64,000 bases of DNA from Psilocybe cubensis (taxonomy: Eukaryota), in the NCBI GenBank assembly GCA_017499595.2, contig CM039006.1, positions 1,302,001 to 1,366,000 on the forward strand, written 5' to 3'. The notes under the pieces were generated by a model that saw only the letters and a program-made list of their open reading frames with translations, searched no databases and had not been told where the DNA came from. A program made the position numbers and the translations under genes. Below are positions 39,991-50,432 of this stretch, piece by piece (positions within the stretch are counted from its first letter, which is position 1; the number at the start of each line of letters is the position of its first letter).

Positions 39991-40984
39991 GGCGAAGAAG
40001 TTATTGCCTCCCTGCCAGGACGGCAATTGTCTGGGTGCTCCCCCAGAACCAAGGACAGAAACGATTAGAGGGAAGATAAAAGGTCGACGGGGAGAAGAAA
40101 TCGGAGCATCAGCGGACCCAGGCATTTAAAGATGTTCATTCAACCCAACATCCGTCTAAGTATACTGCGACCACTCTCCACCCGATTGGTGACAGGGTTT
40201 CTCACCGATGGGTGTCTAATGAGCGGATAAATTGTGAATTGAGATACCCTTAGACCTGGCACACCTAAAAAAGTATGTGGCGCGATGGAACATCTGCCTG
40301 ATTTGTCCCTGGCGATTGAGTCGTGCAATGGGCAGCACGGTCGTTATCATCGCCTCCCTGATTGATTTCAAAGTTCCCTCGTGCCATCAGTTTAAAATAG
40401 AGCATGCGCTTCAATAGGACCTGTCCAAGGAGGGAAGGCAACTTGCCCGACCTATAATATCTCAGTGTTAGCCATGCTATTAAGTCAGGAATTCGACGAA
40501 TGTGCATCACCATGAGACAAGGAAGATTTATGTATGAGAGATAAAGAAATGTCCATGGGTAACCAATGGACGGGTGTGACGTTTGGTGTCCTATATTTGA
40601 CCTTGTGCTCGGTGCTGCGAGCCCTCATCCTCGGTACCGAGTTACTGTACCACACGCCTGATATTTTTGTCTTGGACGTCATTGTAAATGCTCATGACTT
40701 TCCGTTGGTGTCCTTCATGTCGCTTTGGGATGGATATATGAACACCTCTGAGACGTCGTGCCTATGTCAATGAGTCAATCATTCATCCAGAATTGAAGTT
40801 CGCTAGGTCGAGAGCTCCGGGTAGTGGTAATCAGCTAATATACAGAATATTTACCTTTTTGACGAGAGAATGAGAAAAGCAAAACAATGCGAGGATACAG
40901 CTGCCAGCTGGCGGCGGGTGTTGAAGACAATGATTACTTACACATCAATTACACATCGCCACCAAGGTTTGGGTGATGCCATCA

Positions 40985-41346
40985 TGTGACAGAAGTGACT
41001 ATCGTGACTGTGAGGTAACGGTAGTGTCGTCCTGGCACACGGAGAGTTTGGGATAGCGAAGCTTGAGCACACAATAGACAGGTAAAGGGTGTTCGTTGTT
41101 CACTGGGGTTCTACAGTAAAAACAAGCCTGTATTTATACTGTAGGACTATTGGGCTAATGTAATCATGGTCCGAATAAAGCAACAGAGCCAAGGGGAAAT
41201 GGGGGAGATGAATAAGACAGATCATGGCCGAAGGTGAAGTAATCTAATCAGCTTGGAGGTGTCGACGGAATGGGAATGGAGTCGAACAGATAAGATAATG
41301 ACAAAAAGGGAAGGTGAGGAAGGTGGGAAAAGTTCAGAATGTCACA
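40985..41346 (-). repeat. 3' LTR
   Basis: No difference seen by eye from 50071-50432. Contains TATAAATA on the minus strand. Confidence 0.97.
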
Positions 41347-41405
41347 TACGCCCTCCGGGTATTGTTGAAGCAATGCCCGAATAAACAATAGAGAGAAATT
41401 GATGA

Positions 41406-42353
41406 TTAAGGAAGGGTGGGGTTCGAAGGTCCGGCCTGGGAAGCAGAGGAATTGTTGGAAGGAGTATTGCGGTTGTTGCGAGAATAGCGAGGCTTAGCGC
41501 CCGTGGGATCTTGACGGCGCTTGAAGTTGCGTTGGTGAAAATATTGGTCGTTTCGCTTACGGCGCGCGGTTTCGGCAGACGCGGAGAGCAATAGCATATC
41601 GTTAAAGAGGCGTCCGGCACCATGAGAGGTGTTGAGTAACGTGGGATCAACATCGGGCAGAGCGCGCGAGTTACGAGAGGTTGGAGTCGGTTTGGGATGA
41701 ATGGACTGTGCAACACGAGGGACGGGCAAGGTGAAGAGTTCTAGGGTGATGGGGACACCATCTGTAACGTAGCGGCGGGTAGTATCGTTCCAAAACGCGA
41801 ATCGCTCGGGTCCTACGGCGTATAGATTGAATAACTGGGATATTGTAGGGTATCCGTAAGGAATATATGATAATGCAACAGTGGGATCGGTTTGAGCACG
41901 GAGCTTGCGGTCGTAGGCGCAAAAAATTGAGAGTAATTTGGTGGTAATAGCTTGTTGGGCGTCGAACTCGGTAAAGCCGACCGTCGGTTCAAAGAAAACG
42001 AATCGATTTTTGGCAATGCGACGGACACCGGGATGAGGGATGGTAGGCAGCGACGGGAAGGATAACCCATCAGTGACAGTGGTGGGGAGCGCAATGGGTC
42101 CGACAGTGTTTTCAGCGACCGCAGGCGCGGCCGGCGGGGTGACTACAGCATTAGAGGCGGCGTCGTTGGTTGGGTTTGCAGGAGGAGCGACGACGGGAGT
42201 AGGGTTGGAAGTAGTAGACGAAGAGAGGGCATGGTTGAAGAATAGATCGATGTTGAAATTAGGGTCAGATAGGTTGGAGATGTTGGGTGCGAGGTTGGAA
42301 AAGGAGTCCGAGGAAGAAGAAGTGTCCATGGTGTTATCAGAAGTTGAAGTCAT
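41406..42353 (-). CDS. Extra 315-aa ORF of the retrotransposon, between pol and the 3' LTR; function unknown
   Basis: Same sense as pol and starts 20 nt after the pol stop. S/T/P/A-rich N-terminus, globular core (FCAYDRKLR...IPYGYPTISQLFN...RFAFW) and basic R/N-rich C-terminus. Confidence 0.7.
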   Translation of the reverse strand: MTSTSDNTMDTSSSSDSFSNLAPNISNLSDPNFNIDLFFNHALSSSTTSNPTPVVAPPANPTNDAASNAVVTPPAAPAVAENTVGPIALPTTVTDGLSFPSLPTIPHPGVRRIAKNRFVFFEPTVGFTEFDAQQAITTKLLSIFCAYDRKLRAQTDPTVALSYIPYGYPTISQLFNLYAVGPERFAFWNDTTRRYVTDGVPITLELFTLPVPRVAQSIHPKPTPTSRNSRALPDVDPTLLNTSHGAGRLFNDMLLLSASAETARRKRNDQYFHQRNFKRRQDPTGAKPRYSRNNRNTPSNNSSASQAGPSNPTLP

Positions 42354-42372
42354 TTCGATGGAAGTGATAGGA

Positions 42373-45300
42373 TCAATAGAAGTGGGGGATAATTTTAGAA
42401 AAGAAGGAGCGAAAATGGGTGAGGTATTTATAAGTTTTTGAAGAAGAATGAAAATGTACCGAATGCAAAAACACTTGAGGGTCGTTGGTCATAGGTTTGC
42501 CGCGCCCCTTCGGTAGTTGGGATACTTTGTCAACACCGAGAAGTTCCAGATATGCCTTGAGAGCAGGTAAGTCAGCGATTCTTTCATAGTGAAGCCAGGT
42601 AATGTCACCCGACTTCCATTCAATTTCAAAGAATGAGTCTTCACCCGATCCGAAATGCGATTTGATGCTCTCAATCGCCCATTCGGTTCCAGGTGCGTCA
42701 ATCGAGCTAATTTGCTCATCCAGTCTTCCAGGGAATAGCCGGTCGTCATTTGCATGGTGTATCCGCAATAAGGATGCATGGAATACATCGTGTACGCCTC
42801 TTTGTTTAAGGGAACTGGAAAGGTCTAGTTTATACGATTGATTACCATAATCCTTCAATATTTTGTATGGGCCAATATATTTGGGTATCAGCTTTCGTGC
42901 CAACCCTTTAGGAAAGGAGATATTTTTAGTGGATAGGTAGACAAGATCTCCTTCCACAAATGGCGATAGCTGACGCTTTCTATTTGCGTCCCGAGTTTGT
43001 TTGACTCGGGCTGCTAGAAGGTTATCATGTGCAGACATGATGGCCAACTTCTTTTGTAGAGCAAAATTCCGAACGGATGGATACTCAGATTTATCCGCTG
43101 AGTTCCATATCATGGGCCGAGGCATTTGCCCGTTGTTTAGGAAAAAAGGTGCAAATCCAGTGCTCTCGGATCTGGCAGAGTTAATTGCAAACTCAATTGC
43201 AGGTAGCTTTGATACCCAATCGGTTTGTTTATTATTTACGCACTGTCTGAGCATCTGATTAATAGTTCTATTAGCTCTCTCAGTTGATCCGTCTGTCTGA
43301 GGATGGTAAGCACTTGACATTTTCAGTTTAGTGCCCATTAATTGATTCAGATGAGTCCAGAATACACTGGTGAACCACACGTCTCGATCACTAATAATAT
43401 TGCGAGGTAACCCGTGTAGTTTATACACATGTTCAAATACTAATTCTGCAATTTGTCTTGCGGTGTAATTTGTCCTACTAGGAATCAAATGTACCATCGC
43501 CGTTAAGAGACAAATTACAACAGTGATAGAGTCATATGAGCTATCTCGATTCCTTGACTCCGGCAAAGGACCGATAAAGTCGATCCCGATTGATTCCCAA
43601 GGTGTTCCGGGTACGGGTAACGGATTCAATAAACCATATGGTTTTTGATTGCTAGGTTTACTCATTTTACAGGTAGAACAAGTTTCACAGTAAGCTTTGG
43701 TATCTGATACTATGTCTTTCCACCATACTTGTTGCTTTAGGTAGTCAACAGTTTTGGTTGCTCCAAGGTGAGCTAGCAGAGAGTGGGCTTCTGCTATGAT
43801 TATTTCTCTTATGCTTCTTCCCTTAGTTATAATCCTGGGAATACAGAGTAATGATTTATCTTTCTCCTTCAGAAATATTAGACCATTGTTTACTTCAAAG
43901 TTCCTGAATTCCTTAGGGTCTTTGAATATCTGCCCAAAGAAGGAGTCAGTGGCATACTGATCCCGTATCTCCTCAACGATGTCAAAACCGTTCACCGTTG
44001 ACGACGCTAAGTCCAACAGACTTGGCGGTTCTTGGCTCTCGGCATCGTGATCCGTACCGGGTAGGTCCGTTGGTTGTTCTAAATTAGGGACATCGTTTTC
44101 CGAATGGGTTACTTCGGTCTTTTTTCGTGCTGGTAATCTGATTACCAGTTTTTGTAAGGTGCGTTTTGCCAGGTTTTTTGTGTTTTTCGCCGTACTCCCG
44201 CCCTCCTTTCGTTCGCCAGGGGGTTTCAGAACGAAATGACGGCTTACGCGCGCTGCAAATTCCCTTGAAGTTTCAGGACGGCCTGTCTCAGCAGGAGGGA
44301 TGGTTTTCCGCGGACGTAAGGTACGTGATGCTGCTTTTGCTTCGATGCCAGCCAATATGGGCATTACATTAACCTTGACTTCCCCGTCGTCGTCGACGAC
44401 ATCATGATAGGAGTATTCGCTACGTGCACGTACGGTGCCAGGTGAGTCGTTCGAATATATTCGTGATAAAGCATCAGCTACCACGTTTTCGCAACCGGGA
44501 ACATAGACCACTTCAAACTCAAAGGGTGATATCTTTTCGAGCCATCGGGCTTGTCTTCCAGATAAGTTCTTCTGGTTGAGAAGGTGAGTCAATCCTTTAT
44601 GATCCGTCACCCATTTGAATCTGACACCTTGTAGGATATCTCGATGCCGGAGCATCGTCTCAATCCCGGCGAACATTTCGATTTCGTGAGTGGGATAGTT
44701 TTGCTGGGCTGAATTGAGTTTTGCTGAGTAGAATGCGGCAACTTTAGCCGTCTTCCAGTCATCGCCTTGGCTAATCAAGCCCGAAATTCCCGTTGCACAG
44801 CCGTCTGTCACCATCCAAATGGTGGGTGCGCCTTGCGAGTAATCGAGTGGCACCCGGTGGTGTTCACGCGCACTATCAACGAGTTGTTTGACGTCCTCAA
44901 ATGCCCTTTGCTCGGTGAAGGTCCATCTGAAGGGGACAGTGTCGCCAGTGAGTGCGCTAAGCACACCCATTGGGATTCGTACACCAGGCACATCGTCAGC
45001 CAGATATCCAACCGCACCCAGGAAACCTCGAAGCAGGTCGCGATTAGTCGGGACTTTCCAGTTGACGACCGAGTCAACCTTGTCATGGTCCATTCGAATG
45101 CCCTCATCGTCAATTACACGCCCCAGCACCCGTAATTCAGGCTCCAAGAACCTCAATTTAGATTTGCTCAGGTAAAGTTTTTCTCTTTTGAGTATGTCTA
45201 ATACAGTTCTTACATGCTTTACGTGTTCTTCTAGACTATCTGAATATATCAGTATGTCGTCGAGGTAAACGTCCATGAAACGGCCGATGTACGGGGAAAA

Positions 45301-48300
45301 CAGGTGGTTCATCAGGGTCTGGTAGGTGGCTGGTGCATTACAGTCACCCTGTTGTACAACTAAACTAACCATATTCCCATCTGGAGTAGTCACCCCAGTG
45401 CGGTGAACATGTTCAGGCTCGATTCTGATTTGTTCGTACGCCGATTTTCCGTCCAGAGATGATCGGAACGGATGTCGCGCCACGCGTCGAAGGATCCCCT
45501 CAATATCAGGGAGCGGCGAGGTTAGTTTGTGAGTATTTTTGTTGCGTTCCCGTAGGTCAAACACCGTCCTCAGTTCGGGAGGCTCGTTGTTTTTTCTGGG
45601 TTTAGGTATCAATAACATGGGTACAGTGTTTCCCGATGATGTAATTTTCCAGCGTCCTGACTTCAAGTACGCGTCTCGCTTCTCAGCCCACTGTTCACGG
45701 AAGGCTTCAGGGCATCGTGAAGGTCGCCAGGAGTAGACTTTTGTTTTGTCTATCAAAGGTATCGTGTGGTTTATGGCTCGCAGCGGAGGTAGCTCAGTTT
45801 CGCTGACGTCTTTGCAGAGCGGTTCAGCATATTTGCGAAGTGTTTGGCGTGCAGCTTCCAACTCCATTTCAGGTTGCAAACGCGAGATGGCGTGAACCAT
45901 TGGCTTGGTGTCAGTGCCTTGTTTAATGGGTAAAGGTTCGTTATTGCCTATTATAACTCGCGCCGGGCTCAACCCAATACAGACAGCGTGTTGGTACATA
46001 AATGGAGTCCCTAATATCAAGTCATAGTGACTGATATTAGCTATATCAAAGGTGCGATCGGTTTTGATACCTTGATATTCAAATTTTACGGTGGTAGACG
46101 CATTTACTTTTGACCTCGAGCCTTGGACGGCCAGCTGTAAAGTCATGGGTGTGTCAAACTTATCTCGTTTGACCTTTAATTGATCTGCTAATGCTGTTGA
46201 CATAAAATCACCCAACGATCCGGAGTCGATAAGCGCTCGCACCGGTTGGTTATTGATTTTTACTTGTACGATTACGGGTTTTGGCAGAAACCGACGCATC
46301 CCTTTCACGGATGTTGCGTTTCGTTGTATTGCGGCATAGGCCCGGCGGTCGATCTGGACTCCACTTAGTTGAAGAAACCGATATTGAGATATTGATTCGA
46401 CGTCAGAGTCTGACGATGTGGATTCTGAATCCGAGCTAGAGCCCGTTCGAGAGCTTAGGGCTCGTTTAGCTTGCATTAAACGGTCAGTAAACTTCCGCAT
46501 GCTTTCCCAAGTCTCCTCTGAAGAGCTGATTTGTTCAATGAGCTGGTCTTCAGTTGGAGATCGTTGTTTCTCATCGAGGCTGGTTAGCTGACCATCGTAC
46601 CATCGTGTGAAGTCAAAATATGGATTTTCAGCGTCACAGCGAGGTAAGGTTACTTCAATATTTCGAGACGAGTCGTAGATCTCAATGATTTTTGGATTGA
46701 TAATATTTTTCTGGACTTGAAAGTGTGGTGATACGAACGGGTCATCGCTTTCTGGTGAGAACGACATATCGAGTATTGTTTCAATATTTTGTTCCATTGG
46801 TTCGCCAATCACTGTTTGGTGTAACTTTCTTCCTTGTAGCCAATTGATTGCTACCTCACCAGGGGCTATTTCGTCGTTTTGAATCGCGCATTGTAGTGCG
46901 TACCAGTGTCCTACCGAGAACAGGTTATGACGGAGACGGCAAATGTGTAAGTTAGTTTCAAAACCAGTCATGTTATCTTCAATGTGGAATTGATTATTAT
47001 TGTCTCTACCCACAGTGAATCGTGGGGCATTATTGTTCCATTGTGGCCAGTCCTCGTCACCCGGATATGGTGCACATCGGTTCAGGATTAGGGTGAGTTG
47101 GGTTCCATATGCATCGGTTTGTGCAGGGTCGTGCCAGGCTATCTGCCCACTAATTCTGGGGATTAATCGTTTAGAGCCTAATTTCTCTGCTTCCAATACT
47201 CTGGGTATGTTTGTACGGATCATTAAATGTTTCTTATAATTATTTTTATACAGATTATCTTTTTCAAGACGCTTGGTGTACCAATCTACGAGGTCAATGT
47301 CTGGGTTTTCAAGAATCGATTTTCTTATGTAGGTCATTAGACCCAGATCCATGTCTTCGATACAGTACACAGGATACCCGGTTTGAACAGGTTTGCCAAC
47401 AGGGTATATGGAAAATCGTGCTTCGTCGTCAGTATCGGGTTTAATACTGGGATAGTTAGTGTTGATTCCGTCGCGCAGCAGGTAGGTGGGTATTTCGGTT
47501 AATGGCTGACCAAACGGTCTCCATATGCGACGAGGGTTCCTGAGCCCGAGCGCTCTAGCTCGTTTTTTAGAGTACCACCCTGGTAAGTCAAACTTCGAGT
47601 TCTCAAATGTCTTTTTAGTAATATTTATTTGAAAATTGGTGAGTCCATCATGAATCAAATACAGAGCGGTGTGTTCTAACGATCGTTTTATGGCAAATCG
47701 ACTACTGAACGGGTTATACACGGTGTTCGAGTAGTACTCATCACCGGGGTAGGGAATAGATGTCTGGAGGAGGAACTCAGCATTCATGGCAAAAGTGTCG
47801 CCTAGCTTTTGTCGAGGGTAAGTTATTAATTTGTTGATCCACGAGGGATCTTCGTTACTAAAAGCAATAGCGCCTAGAGGTAATTCTTCTAAGATTTCAA
47901 CAAAGTCATCCGAATCCGAGGTGTCTGATTTAGATTCTTCCACGGGTTCTAGGTTAAAAGTGGACATGCCCGGCGGCTTGCTACCAGCATGTTTTACTTT
48001 ATTTTGCTGAGGGCAATTGCGCGCGATGTGGCCTTGTTCGCCACATTTGTAACACGCACCAGATGCATAGCGCTCTGCCTTTTCTTTCTCAGATAATTCA
48101 AACCTAGGTTCCTTGCGAGGGCTCTTGTTTGGGTATCTGTTATTTCGATTTTTTGTGGACCCGTTTCGGGTATTGGAATGGTGAGTTCTAGTGTTGTCGT
48201 TATGTGGTGATTCTGACTTTTTGCGGCGCTTATCTCGATTGTGTTTATTTCCACGGTCGCGATGTTGTGTTAGGCTTCCGCGATCCTTACTAGGACGGTG

Positions 48301-49902
48301 CACACTTTCCGAGATTTCGATTATCTCAGCCTGACGAACAACTTGTTCCCAGGTAGAGAGGTCGGGATGTAAACCGTCGCGCCACAGGCCACGTTGGATT
48401 GTTTCAGATGCGCCGCTCCAAAAACGGCTGACTAGATCACTCTCATTCATAGAGCCAAGTAAGTTGAATTGCTCCTCAAGATAATATACGTACTCGCTAA
48501 CTTTTCGAGTACCTTGGGTAGCATTCTCAAATTTCTTTCGTATTCTTTGCTTGTAATCAATGGGGAAGCAATAATTAAATAGCTCTTCATAGAAAGTAGT
48601 TAGGGACATTGTTTCTTCATGTATAGCAGCTTTCTGCAGATAATAATCATATGCTTTTCCTTTCATGAAGTGTGATAGGGCCAATATTCTTCTTTTCTTT
48701 TTGAAGCCACTATCCTCTATATAAGCATTACTTTCTTTTACAAATCTGTGGTAAGCCCGAGGGTCTGCCCGACCATCATACTCCAGGGGTTTGAATGCTT
48801 TACTATTCCCCGATGTCTTCTTCGACTTGCGGTGCTTACTGCGCCGCTTCTTTTTATTAGATCGGCGGCGCGAACGCTCGGTCGAGTCACTTGACTCGGA
48901 AGGTCTATCAGATGACTCGGAACTTGGTTCCGATTCATCCGACGAGCTATCAGAATCGTCGGAGGAGCTGCTGTTAGATGAAGACGGCTCATCGGAACTT
49001 GAGGGGCTGTCTTGTTTCGGTTTTTTAGTATATTTCTTAGATAGTTTAACACTGTTGAGAGCTGTTCCAAGGAATGACTTCGGATTTATGTGTGCAACAG
49101 GTCTTGCAGACACAGGTAAAGTTTCATTTCTAACCCGTTTGTTATATGCAATTTGATCATATCTGATACCAGGAGCTACAGATATGCTTTCGCTAATAAT
49201 AGGTGCCATGTGTGTAGATACAGCATTAATTGTATTAACTTTCTTAGCTTTCTTGGCTAGTTTTAAAGCTTTCTTTTGGGCTTTGGGATCTAATTCCTCA
49301 GCGGGTATTCCTGCATTACCCCATTCCCTGGGATCAATGGTTTTCCCTTTATTCATAGAGGTCCCCTCGCCCAAGGAGGGAGACCGTTCGCGACGAATTT
49401 TCTTGTTTCGGCGGTCAATCTTATCTTTCTCTTCCTTAGACAGAGAATCCTCCGCCGCTTTGATGGCCGAGTCTATTTCTGGACTGCCTTCATCGGCACG
49501 TCTCTTTGTATGCATATTATCAATGGATTCCTTACGGCGCGTAGCCGACTCGAGTCTTTTAGCTCGCTTATTCTTAACGGTGGTCCAGGGACCACCCTCA
49601 TCATTCTCGGAGTTCTCGGAAGATGACGTATTATTAACAATTTCCCTATTACTAGGTACTTTAGTTGTCTTTGAACTAATTTCGCGAATAGTAGAGTCAG
49701 TCCCTTTGTTAGCCATCGTGACGATAGGCAGGGAGCTGACATCCCGTTCTTCATTATCAGAAGTAGCGAGTGGCCTCGGCGACACGACGTCACGGTAAGT
49801 GCGTCTGGGGCTGTGTCCGCCGGATGCGTCCGAGTCAGAGCCGGAATGTCGATCACCGGGATCGGCACGCGACTGAGACCGAAGGGGATACCTAGAAGCC
49901 AT
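42373..49902 (-). CDS. Single-frame Gag-Pol polyprotein (2509 aa): Gag, CCHC knuckle, aspartic protease, RT, RNase H, integrase, chromodomain
   Basis: CYKCGEQGHIARNC (~48013-48054); ALIDSGS (~46219); YLDD (~45256-45267); RNase H WMVTDGC and VTDHKGL; integrase AHSLLAHLG...CSTC, GIDFIG, ISDRD, HPQTDGSTE; GPY motif; chromodomain EWAIESIKSH...FEIEWKSGDITW. Confidence 0.97.
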   Translation of the reverse strand: MASRYPLRSQSRADPGDRHSGSDSDASGGHSPRRTYRDVVSPRPLATSDNEERDVSSLPIVTMANKGTDSTIREISSKTTKVPSNREIVNNTSSSENSENDEGGPWTTVKNKRAKRLESATRRKESIDNMHTKRRADEGSPEIDSAIKAAEDSLSKEEKDKIDRRNKKIRRERSPSLGEGTSMNKGKTIDPREWGNAGIPAEELDPKAQKKALKLAKKAKKVNTINAVSTHMAPIISESISVAPGIRYDQIAYNKRVRNETLPVSARPVAHINPKSFLGTALNSVKLSKKYTKKPKQDSPSSSDEPSSSNSSSSDDSDSSSDESEPSSESSDRPSESSDSTERSRRRSNKKKRRSKHRKSKKTSGNSKAFKPLEYDGRADPRAYHRFVKESNAYIEDSGFKKKRRILALSHFMKGKAYDYYLQKAAIHEETMSLTTFYEELFNYCFPIDYKQRIRKKFENATQGTRKVSEYVYYLEEQFNLLGSMNESDLVSRFWSGASETIQRGLWRDGLHPDLSTWEQVVRQAEIIEISESVHRPSKDRGSLTQHRDRGNKHNRDKRRKKSESPHNDNTRTHHSNTRNGSTKNRNNRYPNKSPRKEPRFELSEKEKAERYASGACYKCGEQGHIARNCPQQNKVKHAGSKPPGMSTFNLEPVEESKSDTSDSDDFVEILEELPLGAIAFSNEDPSWINKLITYPRQKLGDTFAMNAEFLLQTSIPYPGDEYYSNTVYNPFSSRFAIKRSLEHTALYLIHDGLTNFQINITKKTFENSKFDLPGWYSKKRARALGLRNPRRIWRPFGQPLTEIPTYLLRDGINTNYPSIKPDTDDEARFSIYPVGKPVQTGYPVYCIEDMDLGLMTYIRKSILENPDIDLVDWYTKRLEKDNLYKNNYKKHLMIRTNIPRVLEAEKLGSKRLIPRISGQIAWHDPAQTDAYGTQLTLILNRCAPYPGDEDWPQWNNNAPRFTVGRDNNNQFHIEDNMTGFETNLHICRLRHNLFSVGHWYALQCAIQNDEIAPGEVAINWLQGRKLHQTVIGEPMEQNIETILDMSFSPESDDPFVSPHFQVQKNIINPKIIEIYDSSRNIEVTLPRCDAENPYFDFTRWYDGQLTSLDEKQRSPTEDQLIEQISSSEETWESMRKFTDRLMQAKRALSSRTGSSSDSESTSSDSDVESISQYRFLQLSGVQIDRRAYAAIQRNATSVKGMRRFLPKPVIVQVKINNQPVRALIDSGSLGDFMSTALADQLKVKRDKFDTPMTLQLAVQGSRSKVNASTTVKFEYQGIKTDRTFDIANISHYDLILGTPFMYQHAVCIGLSPARVIIGNNEPLPIKQGTDTKPMVHAISRLQPEMELEAARQTLRKYAEPLCKDVSETELPPLRAINHTIPLIDKTKVYSWRPSRCPEAFREQWAEKRDAYLKSGRWKITSSGNTVPMLLIPKPRKNNEPPELRTVFDLRERNKNTHKLTSPLPDIEGILRRVARHPFRSSLDGKSAYEQIRIEPEHVHRTGVTTPDGNMVSLVVQQGDCNAPATYQTLMNHLFSPYIGRFMDVYLDDILIYSDSLEEHVKHVRTVLDILKREKLYLSKSKLRFLEPELRVLGRVIDDEGIRMDHDKVDSVVNWKVPTNRDLLRGFLGAVGYLADDVPGVRIPMGVLSALTGDTVPFRWTFTEQRAFEDVKQLVDSAREHHRVPLDYSQGAPTIWMVTDGCATGISGLISQGDDWKTAKVAAFYSAKLNSAQQNYPTHEIEMFAGIETMLRHRDILQGVRFKWVTDHKGLTHLLNQKNLSGRQARWLEKISPFEFEVVYVPGCENVVADALSRIYSNDSPGTVRARSEYSYHDVVDDDGEVKVNVMPILAGIEAKAASRTLRPRKTIPPAETGRPETSREFAARVSRHFVLKPPGERKEGGSTAKNTKNLAKRTLQKLVIRLPARKKTEVTHSENDVPNLEQPTDLPGTDHDAESQEPPSLLDLASSTVNGFDIVEEIRDQYATDSFFGQIFKDPKEFRNFEVNNGLIFLKEKDKSLLCIPRIITKGRSIREIIIAEAHSLLAHLGATKTVDYLKQQVWWKDIVSDTKAYCETCSTCKMSKPSNQKPYGLLNPLPVPGTPWESIGIDFIGPLPESRNRDSSYDSITVVICLLTAMVHLIPSRTNYTARQIAELVFEHVYKLHGLPRNIISDRDVWFTSVFWTHLNQLMGTKLKMSSAYHPQTDGSTERANRTINQMLRQCVNNKQTDWVSKLPAIEFAINSARSESTGFAPFFLNNGQMPRPMIWNSADKSEYPSVRNFALQKKLAIMSAHDNLLAARVKQTRDANRKRQLSPFVEGDLVYLSTKNISFPKGLARKLIPKYIGPYKILKDYGNQSYKLDLSSSLKQRGVHDVFHASLLRIHHANDDRLFPGRLDEQISSIDAPGTEWAIESIKSHFGSGEDSFFEIEWKSGDITWLHYERIADLPALKAYLELLGVDKVSQLPKGRGKPMTNDPQVFLHSVHFHSSSKTYKYLTHFRSFFSKIIPHFY

Positions 49903-50070
49903 AATATTCAGAATATAATTTCAAAGATGTTACTTACGTGGGGTATTGGTTTGATGGATGTTGGATGCGGCTGCCTTGATGTGGGTGGCTCTGGTTGATC
50001 AGACCAAAGGGTTCCGAACGTCGAGGCGGCGAGAGAGGAGATTTAAAAGTTTAGAGTACTGTCAAAAATA

Positions 50071-50432
50071 TGTGACAGAAGTGACTATCGTGACTGTGAG
50101 GTAACGGTAGTGTCGTCCTGGCACACGGAGAGTTTGGGATAGCGAAGCTTGAGCACACAATAGACAGGTAAAGGGTGTTCGTTGTTCACTGGGGTTCTAC
50201 AGTAAAAACAAGCCTGTATTTATACTGTAGGACTATTGGGCTAATGTAATCATGGTCCGAATAAAGCAACAGAGCCAAGGGGAAATGGGGGAGATGAATA
50301 AGACAGATCATGGCCGAAGGTGAAGTAATCTAATCAGCTTGGAGGTGTCGACGGAATGGGAATGGAGTCGAACAGATAAGATAATGACAAAAAGGGAAGG
50401 TGAGGAAGGTGGGAAAAGTTCAGAATGTCACA
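50071..50432 (-). repeat. 5' LTR
   Basis: Direct repeat of 40985-41346. Confidence 0.97.

Larger units (their letters stand above)
40985..50432 (-). mobile_element. Full-length Ty3/Gypsy LTR retrotransposon (chromovirus), 9448 bp
   Basis: Two 362-bp LTRs with TGTGACA...TGTCACA ends, a 5-bp target-site duplication CATCA (40980-40984 and 50433-50437), an intact gag-pol ORF, and a short purine tract (GGAGGGCG on the minus strand) before the 3' LTR. Confidence 0.98.
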
